Shown here one piece after another: positions 27,355 to 36,235 of a stretch of DNA of 36,847 nt (positions are counted from its first letter, which is position 1; each line of letters opens with the position of its first letter). A model generated the notes under the pieces. That model was not told where the DNA came from and ran no database searches. It saw nothing but the letters and a program-made list of their open reading frames with translations. Source of the stretch: Candidatus Coatesbacteria bacterium (GTDB lineage: Bacteria; JAFGND01); contig JAFGND010000027.1 in the NCBI GenBank assembly GCA_016927185.1, positions 1-36,847 of the forward strand, in the 5' to 3' direction. The translations under genes were made by a program, and so were the position numbers.

Positions 27355-29004
27355 TCAATCTCTGTACAATGCTTTAGTTGGACAGACATTTATACAGAAA
27401 TCATCAACAGCACACAAGGAGCTGTTTTTTATTCTTACCTTGCCATTATGTATATAAAGGAGATCGAAAGCGCATTCTTCTACGCACAATCCGCATCCAT
27501 TACATAATTCGAGTTTTACCTTGAGAACATGTTCCTTTGAAATATCATCTTCCGCTTCGTCGGTAAAAGATTGTCCAGTTGCTTTCTCTTCGAAATTTAT
27601 CACCTTTATCATATTGGTAGTCCCGACATAACCAAGGGGAACTCCTGCAGTAAGAACAGCAATTTCATTCTTTTTGAGAAAGCCACCTTTTTCAGCTATG
27701 TGAAGTGCTGAATCAACTATCCTGTCAGTATCAAGAATTCTTTCTATATTGAAAGGGAAGACATTGTAACTTAAAAGCAGTTTTCTCAATGTCTTCAAGG
27801 ATGGTGTCAATGCTATTATTGGTGCTTCTGGTCTATACTTTGACATGAACTCTGCCGTAAGACCGGACTCAGTTATTGTTATAATTACTGCAGCATCAAG
27901 ATCTTCTGCACACATCAGTGCAGCATGTGTCATGGAATTAGATATTCTATGAAGTATTCCTTCCGGTTGTGCGAAAAAACTGCTGCTTCTTTTCTTGTAA
28001 TGCTTTTCAGTTTGATTAGCTATCTTTACAACCATTTCTACTGCAGCAACTGGATATTTTCCCATTGCAGTTTCTCCTGACAACATTACTGCGTCAGCAC
28101 CATCAAGTATGGCATTTGCAACATCAGTTGTTTCTGCGCGAGTGGGTTGTGGATTGCCTATCATGCTTTCAAGCATCTGGGTAGCTACAATTACAGGTTT
28201 TCCCATCTTGTTGCATTCATTAATGATTTCCTTCTGTACCCATGGGACACGCTCAGGTTCTATTTCAACCCCAAGATCTCCCCTTGCAATCATTATTACA
28301 TCAGTTTCATCAACTATATTGCTTATGTCAGCCAGAGCTTCAGGTTTTTCTATCTTTGCGACAATTGAAATGTCCTGTGCTGACGAATGAATTATCTTCT
28401 TTACTTCCCTGAGATCCTCTGCAGTCCTTATGAAACTTATTGCAACAAAATCGACTTCCTGCTGAAGAATAAAATCAAGATCATCTTTGTCTTTTTCAGT
28501 CAATGAGGGAGTACTTATTTTCACTCCTGGTAAATTCAGTCCCTTTCTGCTTGCAACAAGTCCCCCTGATTTTATGACAGTGTGAATTTCGTTATTTTCA
28601 ACCTTCTCCACTTTCAGCCTCACAAGACCGTCATTTATCAGGAGTATGTCATTGACCTTTACATCTGATGGCAGATTTTTGTAAGAAACAGATGCTCTTT
28701 CCCTGTTACCCTTGATATTCTCTGTAGTCAATATGAACTTGTCATCAGTATGGAGAATTATGTTTTCCTCAGAAAATTCTCCCAGTCTTATCTTCGGACC
28801 CTGCAAATCAGCCATTATTGCAACTTCAATTCCCACCTCTAAAGAAGCTTCCTTGATCACTGAAATTATTTCCTGATGACTTTCATGATCACTGTGTGAA
28901 AAATTCAGTCTGAAAACATTGACTCCTGCACTTATTAGCTGCTTCAATATTTGCTTGTCTTTGCTGGATGGTCCAATGGTAGCTACTATTTTCGTCTTTC
29001 TCAT
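27355..29004 (-). CDS. pyk: Pyruvate kinase with C-terminal 4Fe-4S ferredoxin-like domain
   Basis: RKTKIVATIGP, RLNFSH, DLQGPKIR, ARGDLGVE, ATQMLESM, PTRAE; C-terminal CNGCGLCVEEC and CAVDDFCINVCP. Confidence 0.95.
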   Translation of the reverse strand: MRKTKIVATIGPSSKDKQILKQLISAGVNVFRLNFSHSDHESHQEIISVIKEASLEVGIEVAIMADLQGPKIRLGEFSEENIILHTDDKFILTTENIKGNRERASVSYKNLPSDVKVNDILLINDGLVRLKVEKVENNEIHTVIKSGGLVASRKGLNLPGVKISTPSLTEKDKDDLDFILQQEVDFVAISFIRTAEDLREVKKIIHSSAQDISIVAKIEKPEALADISNIVDETDVIMIARGDLGVEIEPERVPWVQKEIINECNKMGKPVIVATQMLESMIGNPQPTRAETTDVANAILDGADAVMLSGETAMGKYPVAAVEMVVKIANQTEKHYKKRSSSFFAQPEGILHRISNSMTHAALMCAEDLDAAVIITITESGLTAEFMSKYRPEAPIIALTPSLKTLRKLLLSYNVFPFNIERILDTDRIVDSALHIAEKGGFLKKNEIAVLTAGVPLGYVGTTNMIKVINFEEKATGQSFTDEAEDDISKEHVLKVKLELCNGCGLCVEECAFDLLYIHNGKVRIKNSSLCAVDDFCINVCPTKALYRD

Positions 29005-29012
29005 AATTCCAC

Positions 29013-29834
29013 CTAATATAATGAAAATATTTTCCTGTGAGTATCAGACAAGATTACATATGCCGAGAAATCACTGAGATATCTTTTAGTGATATCAGGG
29101 ATGCAATCAGGGAATTTCTCTTTCTTCATGGAATTAGACAAGTTCCCTGGTCCCCAGTGGTATGCTGAAAGTGTTTTTTCCCAGCTATCATATTCACCAT
29201 ACAATCTCTTGAGGAATTTCAAGGCGGCAGCAGTTGACAGTTTCCAGTCCTTCCTTTGATCAACACCATCATTCACCTTCAAATCCATGTCTTTTGCAGT
29301 TGATTCCATTAGCTGCCACATTCCCTCTGCTCCTGCGTGAGAAGTTACAGCTTTCCTGTATCCGCTTTCTATAGCAGGAATCATCTCAAGTTCTTCAGGT
29401 AAATTCATATCCCTGCACATTTTTCTTATATACGCTGAATAGTCCTTTCTTGCCTTCAGTATAGATATTGTCTTGCTTCGTCTGTCAGAATGAACCATTA
29501 CAAACAGGGAAACTGCTACCTTGTTATCAAGCTCTACCGGATATCTGTATTTCCTTGTCTTGAGGAAAATCCTTACCTTGTTAAGCTCATTGAGGAATTG
29601 CATATTCCGGGGAGCTTTCCTTGCAAGAGACTGGAACTGGTTTCTATTTTTTTTCTGAGATGCTTTCAGCTTCCTTGAATACTTCGTGCTTTTTACATAT
29701 TCTGGAATTTTCAGATATAGCTCAAGAGCATCAATCCACTTTCCCTGCTTCATCAAATCAAACATCCTGTCATAGTTTTCTGCAAGAAGAGTGCTGGATA
29801 AAAAGATAATCAGGAACATAACTTTATTTCTCAT
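29013..29834 (-). CDS. Exported lytic transglycosylase (SLT domain, MltD-like)
   Basis: Signal peptide; IESGY catalytic Glu, GAEGMWQLM, AYHWGPG. Confidence 0.85.
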   Translation of the reverse strand: MRNKVMFLIIFLSSTLLAENYDRMFDLMKQGKWIDALELYLKIPEYVKSTKYSRKLKASQKKNRNQFQSLARKAPRNMQFLNELNKVRIFLKTRKYRYPVELDNKVAVSLFVMVHSDRRSKTISILKARKDYSAYIRKMCRDMNLPEELEMIPAIESGYRKAVTSHAGAEGMWQLMESTAKDMDLKVNDGVDQRKDWKLSTAAALKFLKRLYGEYDSWEKTLSAYHWGPGNLSNSMKKEKFPDCIPDITKRYLSDFSAYVILSDTHRKIFSLY

Positions 29835-30813
29835 TCAACATCTCCAGAAAAGCTTCTATTCTTACTTTTGTCCTTGCATCAAGCAATCCAGGTTGCTCTC
29901 CCTCCAGTGTCAGAAGCGGAATTTTCAACTTCCTTCTGAAAATCAAATCAGCAAGCTGCCTGTAACAGAATGACTGAACATAATGTATTATACCATTCAA
30001 CTTGCGTTCCCTAATAGCTTTTTTTATGTCTTCAATGCGACCGAAAACATCATACGGATAAGTATATGAAAGATATTGAGTTGTCATGTCGCTTTCGAAG
30101 CATGGCATTGAAAACTGTCTTTGGGTTTCGTTAAAGACGACTTCAGCACCTCTTCTGGAGATGAAGCTGTAAAGGTCAGTGAATATTGGGGGAACACCTA
30201 TAAAACCAAGCCTTGTCTTGATTTTCTTTTTCTCCCTTTTTTTTGCAAGATAAAGGAAATCATCAAGCTCTTTCTCGAAATTTCCTGCATCACCCTTGAA
30301 ATCACTTGAAGAAATAAGGTATGTATGATTTTCCTCACCAGTCACCTGGCAAGTTGAATAAGTAAGATAATCGATTTCCTTCAGTTTCTTTCTTAATGGA
30401 ACCAGTTCATTCCTTATCTTGCTTACCTTCCTTATATTTGTTCCCATTCTCTCCATGAATCTTTCCAGCTGGAACTTCAAATCCTTTTCATCCCTGCTGA
30501 AAGGAAAGGCAAACGGGATAACATAAGCTTTTCTCAATTTCAGGACTTCCATCAGTGCATGAGTATTAGAGCAGTCTCCTTCAAGTACTGCAACAACTTC
30601 ATTAATGCTGTTCTTTACTGAGGCTGAGTAAATTCCCTTTATCCATGAACAATATGTCTTTGGAAATCCATCCCTTTCAGCTTTCTCAATATAAGAGGAT
30701 GGATTCCTTGAATTAATGAATATGTTGTTCAGATCTATTGCCTGATAATCTGCTGCAAGAAGTATTTCCACTGGAACAGTAGAAGTAATTCCTATTTTCT
30801 TCCCCATTATCAA
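29824..30813 (-). CDS. 2-hydroxyacyl-CoA dehydratase subunit (HgdB/FldB-like) family protein
   Basis: PVEILLAA, CSWIKG, GDCS, GIIHYVQSFC, RIEAFLEML. Confidence 0.8.
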   Translation of the reverse strand: MIMGKKIGITSTVPVEILLAADYQAIDLNNIFINSRNPSSYIEKAERDGFPKTYCSWIKGIYSASVKNSINEVVAVLEGDCSNTHALMEVLKLRKAYVIPFAFPFSRDEKDLKFQLERFMERMGTNIRKVSKIRNELVPLRKKLKEIDYLTYSTCQVTGEENHTYLISSSDFKGDAGNFEKELDDFLYLAKKREKKKIKTRLGFIGVPPIFTDLYSFISRRGAEVVFNETQRQFSMPCFESDMTTQYLSYTYPYDVFGRIEDIKKAIRERKLNGIIHYVQSFCYRQLADLIFRRKLKIPLLTLEGEQPGLLDARTKVRIEAFLEMLNEK

Positions 30814-31262
30814 TCATTTTCCTTGTCCGGCGATGCAACCCCTTTTTCAGGTTCTTCAGAAGAAACACTTAAGCTGAGAGGGATTTTTCCTTTTTCCATG
30901 CCAGCTATAATAGGTAAAATATCTATTTGAGGGGCATCATGCCAGAGGCTTTCAAGATTATAGTAATTCCTTTTTTCTTTGCTCATTATATGAAAGACAA
31001 TGTCACCGAAATCAAGGCAAACCCATGTAGAACCAGGAGTTATTCCTTCCTTGTGCCAGGGTTTGTAAATAGTTCCCTTTGTAAGCCTGAGTATATGATC
31101 AGCTATTGCCTGGATATGTACCTCGTTGAAACCGGTTGCTATTATGAAGAAATCTGTCACATATTCCATTTCCCTGAGATCAATTACATTCAAGTCCATT
31201 GCTTTTTTTTCAATTGCAAGGTTGCTTAAAACTATTACATTTTCTATTTCCTCTGTTTTCAT
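30810..31262 (-). CDS. rsfS: Ribosome silencing factor
   Basis: EKKAMDL, DFFIIATG, WVCLDFGDIVFHIM, RNYYNLESLW. Confidence 0.92.
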   Translation of the reverse strand: MKTEEIENVIVLSNLAIEKKAMDLNVIDLREMEYVTDFFIIATGFNEVHIQAIADHILRLTKGTIYKPWHKEGITPGSTWVCLDFGDIVFHIMSKEKRNYYNLESLWHDAPQIDILPIIAGMEKGKIPLSLSVSSEEPEKGVASPDKEND

Positions 31263-31265
31263 TTT

Positions 31266-32600
31266 CTATCCCAGTGTCAGTAAATGCCTGAATGCTTCCT
31301 CTACCTCAAATCTCGTATATTTTGTGAAGAATGTCTTGAAAAAAGCAGGTCTGAGATGCGTTCTCAGGAAGAATTCTATCTGAAGCCTTTGCTGGCGTGG
31401 ATTATCTGCATGGAAAAAGGCATGCTTGTTGTATTTTTCCATATCTTCATCAGTCAAATTCCAGTACAAATCAGAACCGGGGAGAGGAATGAAAATGGAA
31501 AGAACGATGAAATCAGGAGTCAATTTCTGTATGAAATGTACGCTTTCTTCATATTCCTCGTCTCCCTCACCTGGAAGCCCTATCATGAAATACGCTTTTG
31601 TTCTTATGCCGATTTGCTTTGTGAGTTCGAAAGTATTATATATTTCATCAAGAGTTATCTCTTTTTTTAGAAAATCAAGTATCTTCTGTGAACCAGATTC
31701 AACTCCATAGCCTATTAGGTGACAGCCGCTCTGATACATTATGCGAAGAGTAGATTCTTCAAGCCCTACCCTTGCGAAACATGACCATCTTATATGCAAC
31801 TTGTTCTTTATCATCAATTTGCACAGATCCACAACCCTCTGCTCGTCATATGTGAAAGTGTCATCCATGAAGCAAATATAACGTGTTCCCCATAACCGTT
31901 GTATATCAATTATTTCATCCATCATTGATTCAACACTTCTAAGTCTTATTGACCTTCCAAAAGTAACATGTCTTGCACAGAAACTACATTGATACTTGCA
32001 GCCTCGGGAAGTATATATTCTACCGCATATCTGGTCTTTCTCGAAATGAAATCCCAATTCGAAATCATTCAAGTATCTGTTTATATCAAGCAAACGCCTT
32101 GCAGGATGGGGAAACAAGTCTAAACTCTCAAGTCTTGGTCGCGATTCTGTTACCTTCAGTAAACCATTTTCATCCCTGTACATTATTCCCTTGATATCCT
32201 TGAAAGGTTTTCCTGCAACTATTTCCTTTATAGTGAATTCAGCTTCCCCCATTGCACAAATATCTGCACCGGTTACCTCCATGGCATGTATGGGAAGACT
32301 TGTGCAGTGAGGCCCTCCAACCATTGTTACACAACCTTGCTTCTTCGCAAATTTCAGTATTGTTCCAGCTCTTTCAATAAGTGGTGTAGCAGATGTAACA
32401 CCAACATAATCAGGCTTGTGTTTTATTATGAAATCCGTAGCCAGATCTCCAATCAGTTCATCTGCAATTATCACCTCATGGCCATCCTCAAGCAGACTTG
32501 CTGCAAGGTATAAAAGCCCAAGAGGCTGATGTTTCAATCCTATCCTCTGCAGTGAATATTTTGTCCCGACAAGATCAGGTCTAACTAGTAGAACTTTCAT
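31266..32600 (-). CDS. B12-binding domain radical SAM protein
   Basis: PLGLLYLAA, GGPHCT, GEAE, SRGCKYQCSFC, GVESGS; start probably ATG 32600. Confidence 0.9.
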   Translation of the reverse strand: MKVLLVRPDLVGTKYSLQRIGLKHQPLGLLYLAASLLEDGHEVIIADELIGDLATDFIIKHKPDYVGVTSATPLIERAGTILKFAKKQGCVTMVGGPHCTSLPIHAMEVTGADICAMGEAEFTIKEIVAGKPFKDIKGIMYRDENGLLKVTESRPRLESLDLFPHPARRLLDINRYLNDFELGFHFEKDQICGRIYTSRGCKYQCSFCARHVTFGRSIRLRSVESMMDEIIDIQRLWGTRYICFMDDTFTYDEQRVVDLCKLMIKNKLHIRWSCFARVGLEESTLRIMYQSGCHLIGYGVESGSQKILDFLKKEITLDEIYNTFELTKQIGIRTKAYFMIGLPGEGDEEYEESVHFIQKLTPDFIVLSIFIPLPGSDLYWNLTDEDMEKYNKHAFFHADNPRQQRLQIEFFLRTHLRPAFFKTFFTKYTRFEVEEAFRHLLTLG

Positions 32601-33969
32601 TTTTTTTCCTTTCATGCTTCTTGTAGCGAAGATAAGCTTGTGCCATTTTCCAAAAAATACCCCAGTATCTGAATCCTCTGTAATAAAGAAGGTTCAGAAG
32701 GTATCCTGGTCTCAGATAGTATTCCCTGATGAATTTAGCATGCCTTTTCGAAATAACCGGATTGTCAGTGTGAAAATATGATAATCTGTTGACTTCAGCA
32801 AGGAAATCCGAAGAGGACTGGTAATTCTCATAAATCTCAGTTCCAGGCAAAGGTATCAAAATGCTTATCCAGACAAAAGGTGCATTGAGTTTTTTTGCAA
32901 AGTCAAGGGATATTTTGAATTCTTCTTCATCTTCCCCAGGAAGACCAACCATGAAGAATGCTTTTGATGGAATGCCTGCTTTCTTAACCAGTTTGAAAGT
33001 CTCTTCCACTTTCTCTCTTGTTATTGCCTTCTTTATCAATTTAAGCACTTTGGGAGATCCATGCTCTACACCAAAACCGATTAACTCGCAACCGCTTTCC
33101 TTCATCAAAGTCAGTTCTTCCAGGGATAATCCCACTCTTGAATAACATGACCAGTAAATATTACCGATCTTTTTCATCCCCTCGCAGATTTCCCTGAGCC
33201 TTTTCCTGTCTTCAGTCAATGTATCATCAATGAACATGAAGTGGTTTACATCGAATTTTTCCAGAGAGAGTTTTATCTCCTCAAGCAGATTGGCTGCTGA
33301 GCGGAATCTTATCTTTCTTCCGAATGTTCTCCATGAGGCGCAGAATGTACATTGAAAAGGGCAGCCTCTTGAAGAAAAAATGCGGAAAACCTGCCTTCCT
33401 TTTCTCAAAGGCCATCCGAATTCCTCATCATTTAAGTATTTCTTGATGTTAAGCAAGTTCCTGTCAGGTATTGGTATTGCATCGAGATCTTCAGCTAGCG
33501 GTCTTGGGGGATTCAGTTTCACATTGCCATTTTCCATGTATGCAATGCCAAGAACCTCTGAGGGAGGTTTTGTAATCCATTCAACTATTGTTGTTTCACC
33601 CTCTCCATAACATACAGCATCAGCACCAGATTCCTGGAGTGTCTTTTCTGGTTGAGGGGTAATATGCGGTCCACCAAGTATTACCTTGATACCTCTTTCT
33701 TTTGCAAACTTGACTATCTGTATGGTTCTTTCAAACATTGGTGTTGTTACAGTGATTCCAAGATATTCAGGCTTGAATTCCTCAATGAAAGCAAAGGGAT
33801 CATCTTCCACAATCTCATCGCATATCTTTACTTCAGCACCACAATTTTGAAGCGATGTGCCAAGATAAAGCAAGCCAAGAGGTTGATGAAGATCTCCAAG
33901 TCTTTCTGTGGAATCTCTTGTATCAAGATGGATTTCTTTTATGTCTGGTCTGATTAATAAAAAACGCAT
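32581..33969 (-). CDS. B12-binding domain radical SAM protein
   Basis: PLGLLYLG, GGPHIT, GEGE, SRGCPFQCTFC, GVEHGS; start probably ATG 33969. Confidence 0.9.
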   Translation of the reverse strand: MRFLLIRPDIKEIHLDTRDSTERLGDLHQPLGLLYLGTSLQNCGAEVKICDEIVEDDPFAFIEEFKPEYLGITVTTPMFERTIQIVKFAKERGIKVILGGPHITPQPEKTLQESGADAVCYGEGETTIVEWITKPPSEVLGIAYMENGNVKLNPPRPLAEDLDAIPIPDRNLLNIKKYLNDEEFGWPLRKGRQVFRIFSSRGCPFQCTFCASWRTFGRKIRFRSAANLLEEIKLSLEKFDVNHFMFIDDTLTEDRKRLREICEGMKKIGNIYWSCYSRVGLSLEELTLMKESGCELIGFGVEHGSPKVLKLIKKAITREKVEETFKLVKKAGIPSKAFFMVGLPGEDEEEFKISLDFAKKLNAPFVWISILIPLPGTEIYENYQSSSDFLAEVNRLSYFHTDNPVISKRHAKFIREYYLRPGYLLNLLYYRGFRYWGIFWKMAQAYLRYKKHERKKNESSTS

Positions 33970-34014
33970 ATAATCAAGTTTGAAAAGCAACCCTATTTTG
34001 CAAGGTATTTCTGT

Positions 34015-34719
34015 CTAGCATATTGCAAGCAGGAAGTCAGAAGGATTTTTCAGAACCTGGATATCTGCCATATTGCTGAACTCAGTAAGTCTTGATGAAA
34101 TCTCTATTATCCTGGCTCCATTACTTCTTGCCAGTTCTATATAATATGGCAATGGCTGGGTAACATATTTGGCTCCCAGAAAAATCAGTAAATCGCAAGC
34201 ATTCACTGCCTTGAATGTTTTGTGAAGTATCCCTTCGCTCATTCCTCCACCGAACCAGAAAATATTCGGCTTAAGGAAGTGGCCACAATCACATACAGGC
34301 GGGTAATTCTCTATTATTGAAGGAAGCTCATATATGCACATATCCTTGGAACAGAAAGCCTGATTGAAATTACCATAAAGCTCATATACTTCCTCGCTGC
34401 CTGCCTTCAGATGAGAAGATGATATATCCTGTGTTATGATTACAAGTCTGGTAAAAAAATCCTCAAGCTTCTTTAACTGAATATATGCCGGATTCAATGG
34501 AGTGGAAAGCTGCTTCTGCCTGAGAGGTTCAAACCATTCCCATATTCTGGCAGGAGAATCCTTGAACAGGTTTTCAATGCTTATTTCTTTTTCAGGCAAT
34601 GCTTTAACGAATTTGCAAAATTCCTTCCAGAAAAGGTTGAAATTCTCATCAAGATCATAACCAGTAATCAATACAGGTTTTTTTGAATTCAGGATTATTT
34701 CATAAACATCATTTTTCAT
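34015..34719 (-). CDS. Sir2/CobB-like protein with degenerate catalytic motifs
   Basis: ITQD...HLKAGS, ELYGN, CDCG, LKPNIFWFG, DLLIFLG show the sirtuin fold, but GAGxS, NID and the catalytic His are substituted. Confidence 0.8.
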   Translation of the reverse strand: MKNDVYEIILNSKKPVLITGYDLDENFNLFWKEFCKFVKALPEKEISIENLFKDSPARIWEWFEPLRQKQLSTPLNPAYIQLKKLEDFFTRLVIITQDISSSHLKAGSEEVYELYGNFNQAFCSKDMCIYELPSIIENYPPVCDCGHFLKPNIFWFGGGMSEGILHKTFKAVNACDLLIFLGAKYVTQPLPYYIELARSNGARIIEISSRLTEFSNMADIQVLKNPSDFLLAIC

Positions 34720-34746
34720 ATCAGGTATTCTTTCTTTTGTTTGTAT

Positions 34747-34774
34747 AATATATGGAGAATGATTTTTTTGTCAA
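34747..34774 (-). promoter_or_regulatory. sigma70-type promoter upstream of the sirtuin-like gene
   Basis: TTGACA-N16-TATATT on the - strand. Confidence 0.5.
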
Positions 34775-34775
34775 G

Positions 34776-35510
34776 TTATAACTCGTCTTTCTCACTTTCA
34801 TTAAAGAAGTAAATCATTCTGCCACACATTTCGCAGATATCATAAGTTCCACTTTCCTTCAATGAGACCACTTTCTGTATAGGCAGTGAGCCGTGACATC
34901 CGCAACATGTACCGTCTTTCTGAATAGAAACCAGTGCAATACCACCGCTTTTTGAACCTGTCTGTATTCTATTGTATTGCCTGAGAACTCGTTCTGAAAT
35001 CTTCTTCCTTATCTCTTCCTTGTCAAGATCCATTTCCTTTATCTTGTCATTGTTTTCCTTGATCTGATTCCTGAGATGCTCTTCAAGTCCTTCTATCTTG
35101 CGTTTGTTAGCTGCAAGTTCCTCTTCCAGTTCCTTGAAATCCTCTTCCAGCTTCTCTATTTTCTCGTCCTGAAGAAGTATATCCTCAACTATTTCATCAA
35201 TTTCATTTTTCTTGTGGTCAATATCTCTCAGGATATCCTGGTATTCCTTGTTTGTTTTAACCTGCAAACTCATTTTCTTGAGTTTCTCCAGTTCCAGTTT
35301 TGCTGTTTCCCAGTCCAGATTCAAATCCATTCTTTGTTGTTTGTATAGCATAAGTTCCTTGTGTTTTTCTTCCAAGACCTGCTGATCATCTACTAATTCT
35401 GACTGGGTTTCCTTGAGTTCCTGTTCTATTCTTTCTATATCATGTCTATAATTTACTATCTCTCTATCTATCTCCTGCAATTGTATCAGATTTCTCAAAT
35501 CGTCATTCAT
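34776..35510 (-). CDS. Coiled-coil protein with C4-type zinc ribbon (DUF164 / CT398-HP0958 family)
   Basis: LIQLQEID start, long coiled coil, KTNKEY, CCGCH...CEMCGRMIY. Confidence 0.88.
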   Translation of the reverse strand: MNDDLRNLIQLQEIDREIVNYRHDIERIEQELKETQSELVDDQQVLEEKHKELMLYKQQRMDLNLDWETAKLELEKLKKMSLQVKTNKEYQDILRDIDHKKNEIDEIVEDILLQDEKIEKLEEDFKELEEELAANKRKIEGLEEHLRNQIKENNDKIKEMDLDKEEIRKKISERVLRQYNRIQTGSKSGGIALVSIQKDGTCCGCHGSLPIQKVVSLKESGTYDICEMCGRMIYFFNESEKDEL

Positions 35511-35532
35511 ACAAACTCCTTCATATAAAAAT

Positions 35533-35558
35533 AAAAAAGCACCCGAATCAGGGCGCTT
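35533..35558 (-). terminator. Rho-independent terminator after the tRNA pair
   Basis: The - strand reads AAGCGCCC-TGATTC-GGGTGCTT followed by a T-rich tract. Confidence 0.75.
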
Positions 35559-35564
35559 GTTGAT

Positions 35565-35636
35565 TAGGCGGAACAGGATTTGAACCTGTGACTCTCGGCA
35601 TGTGAAGCCGATGCTCTACCACTGAGCTACCCACCC
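35565..35636 (-). tRNA. tRNA-Val(CAC)
   Basis: Cloverleaf GGGTGGG-TAGCTCAGTGGTAGAGC, anticodon arm TCGGC-TTCACAT-GCCGA, T arm ACAGG-TTCAAAT-CCTGT; CCA not encoded. Confidence 0.9.
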
Positions 35637-35684
35637 TATAAAAATTTTTCCAATAAAGCAATTATTTCAAGTTCCTTTGTTTAA

Positions 35685-35759
35685 TGGGCCTACCAGGAAT
35701 CGAACCTGGAAACCATCCGGTTATGAGCCGGGTGCTCTGCCAAATTGAGCTATAGGCCC
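35685..35759 (-). tRNA. tRNA with CAT anticodon, probably tRNA-Ile2 (lysidine-modified)
   Basis: GGGCCTA acceptor stem, anticodon loop CTCATAA, T arm CCAGG-TTCGATT-CCTGG; lacks the initiator C1:A72 mismatch; CCA not encoded. Ile2 versus elongator Met is inferred. Confidence 0.85.
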
Positions 35760-35858
35760 TTATTTTCTAATGGCCTTGTTTTAGTTTAGGACATAATATA
35801 GTCAAGTTTTTTTTTAAGGTATTTGAATCCACGTCATTTGCTGCATGAAAAACGGTGA

Positions 35859-36227
35859 ACGAATTCTGGAAGGAAAGTAAAGGAAAATTTACTAAAACTA
35901 TATGAGAAAGCAAAAATAGTATTCATAGGTTCTCCATATGACCCGGGTCCTCATACTTTTCTTGAAGCACAATCTTTTGGGGCGATTGTCATAAATGGAA
36001 TCAAGGAAGGAGGAGCCAGAGAGACATTCATTGAAGGAAAGACAGGATTTAACATCGCATATAAAGATTCTTTTGCACTTGCAGAGAAAATTTTGTTCAT
36101 CCTGAGGAACAGAGATATTGCTTTAAAAATGTCACTTGATGCTTTCGAGAATATTCAGAAAAACTGGAAATGGGAATATGTTGCAGACAGGATTGCACAG
36201 GCTATTACAGACACTTGGGATAAATAA
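35859..36227 (+). pseudogene. 5'-truncated glycosyltransferase family 4 (GT-B C-terminal domain) fragment
   Basis: Hand translation gives KENLLKLYEKAKIVFIGSPYDPGPHTFLEAQSFG...GGARETFIEGKTGF...LAEKI...WKWEYVADRI; in-frame TGA at 35856 and no start codon near the 5' end. Confidence 0.75.
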
Positions 36228-36235
36228 AAGGGATT

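Noticed and set aside
29013-29834. Lytic transglycosylase as the cluster's endolysin
   Set aside because: It is MltD-like with a signal peptide, lies about 7 kb away, and overlaps or abuts host genes; nothing links it directly to the cluster.
34015-34719. Sir2 protein as an anti-phage defence effector (Thoeris/DSR type)
   Set aside because: It has CobB-like size and a zinc subdomain, degenerate NAD-binding motifs, no defence partner genes, and a housekeeping context.
35565-35759. tRNA genes as the integration site of the phage-like cluster
   Set aside because: They are about 13.7 kb away, and I saw no duplicated tRNA 3' end at either cluster boundary.
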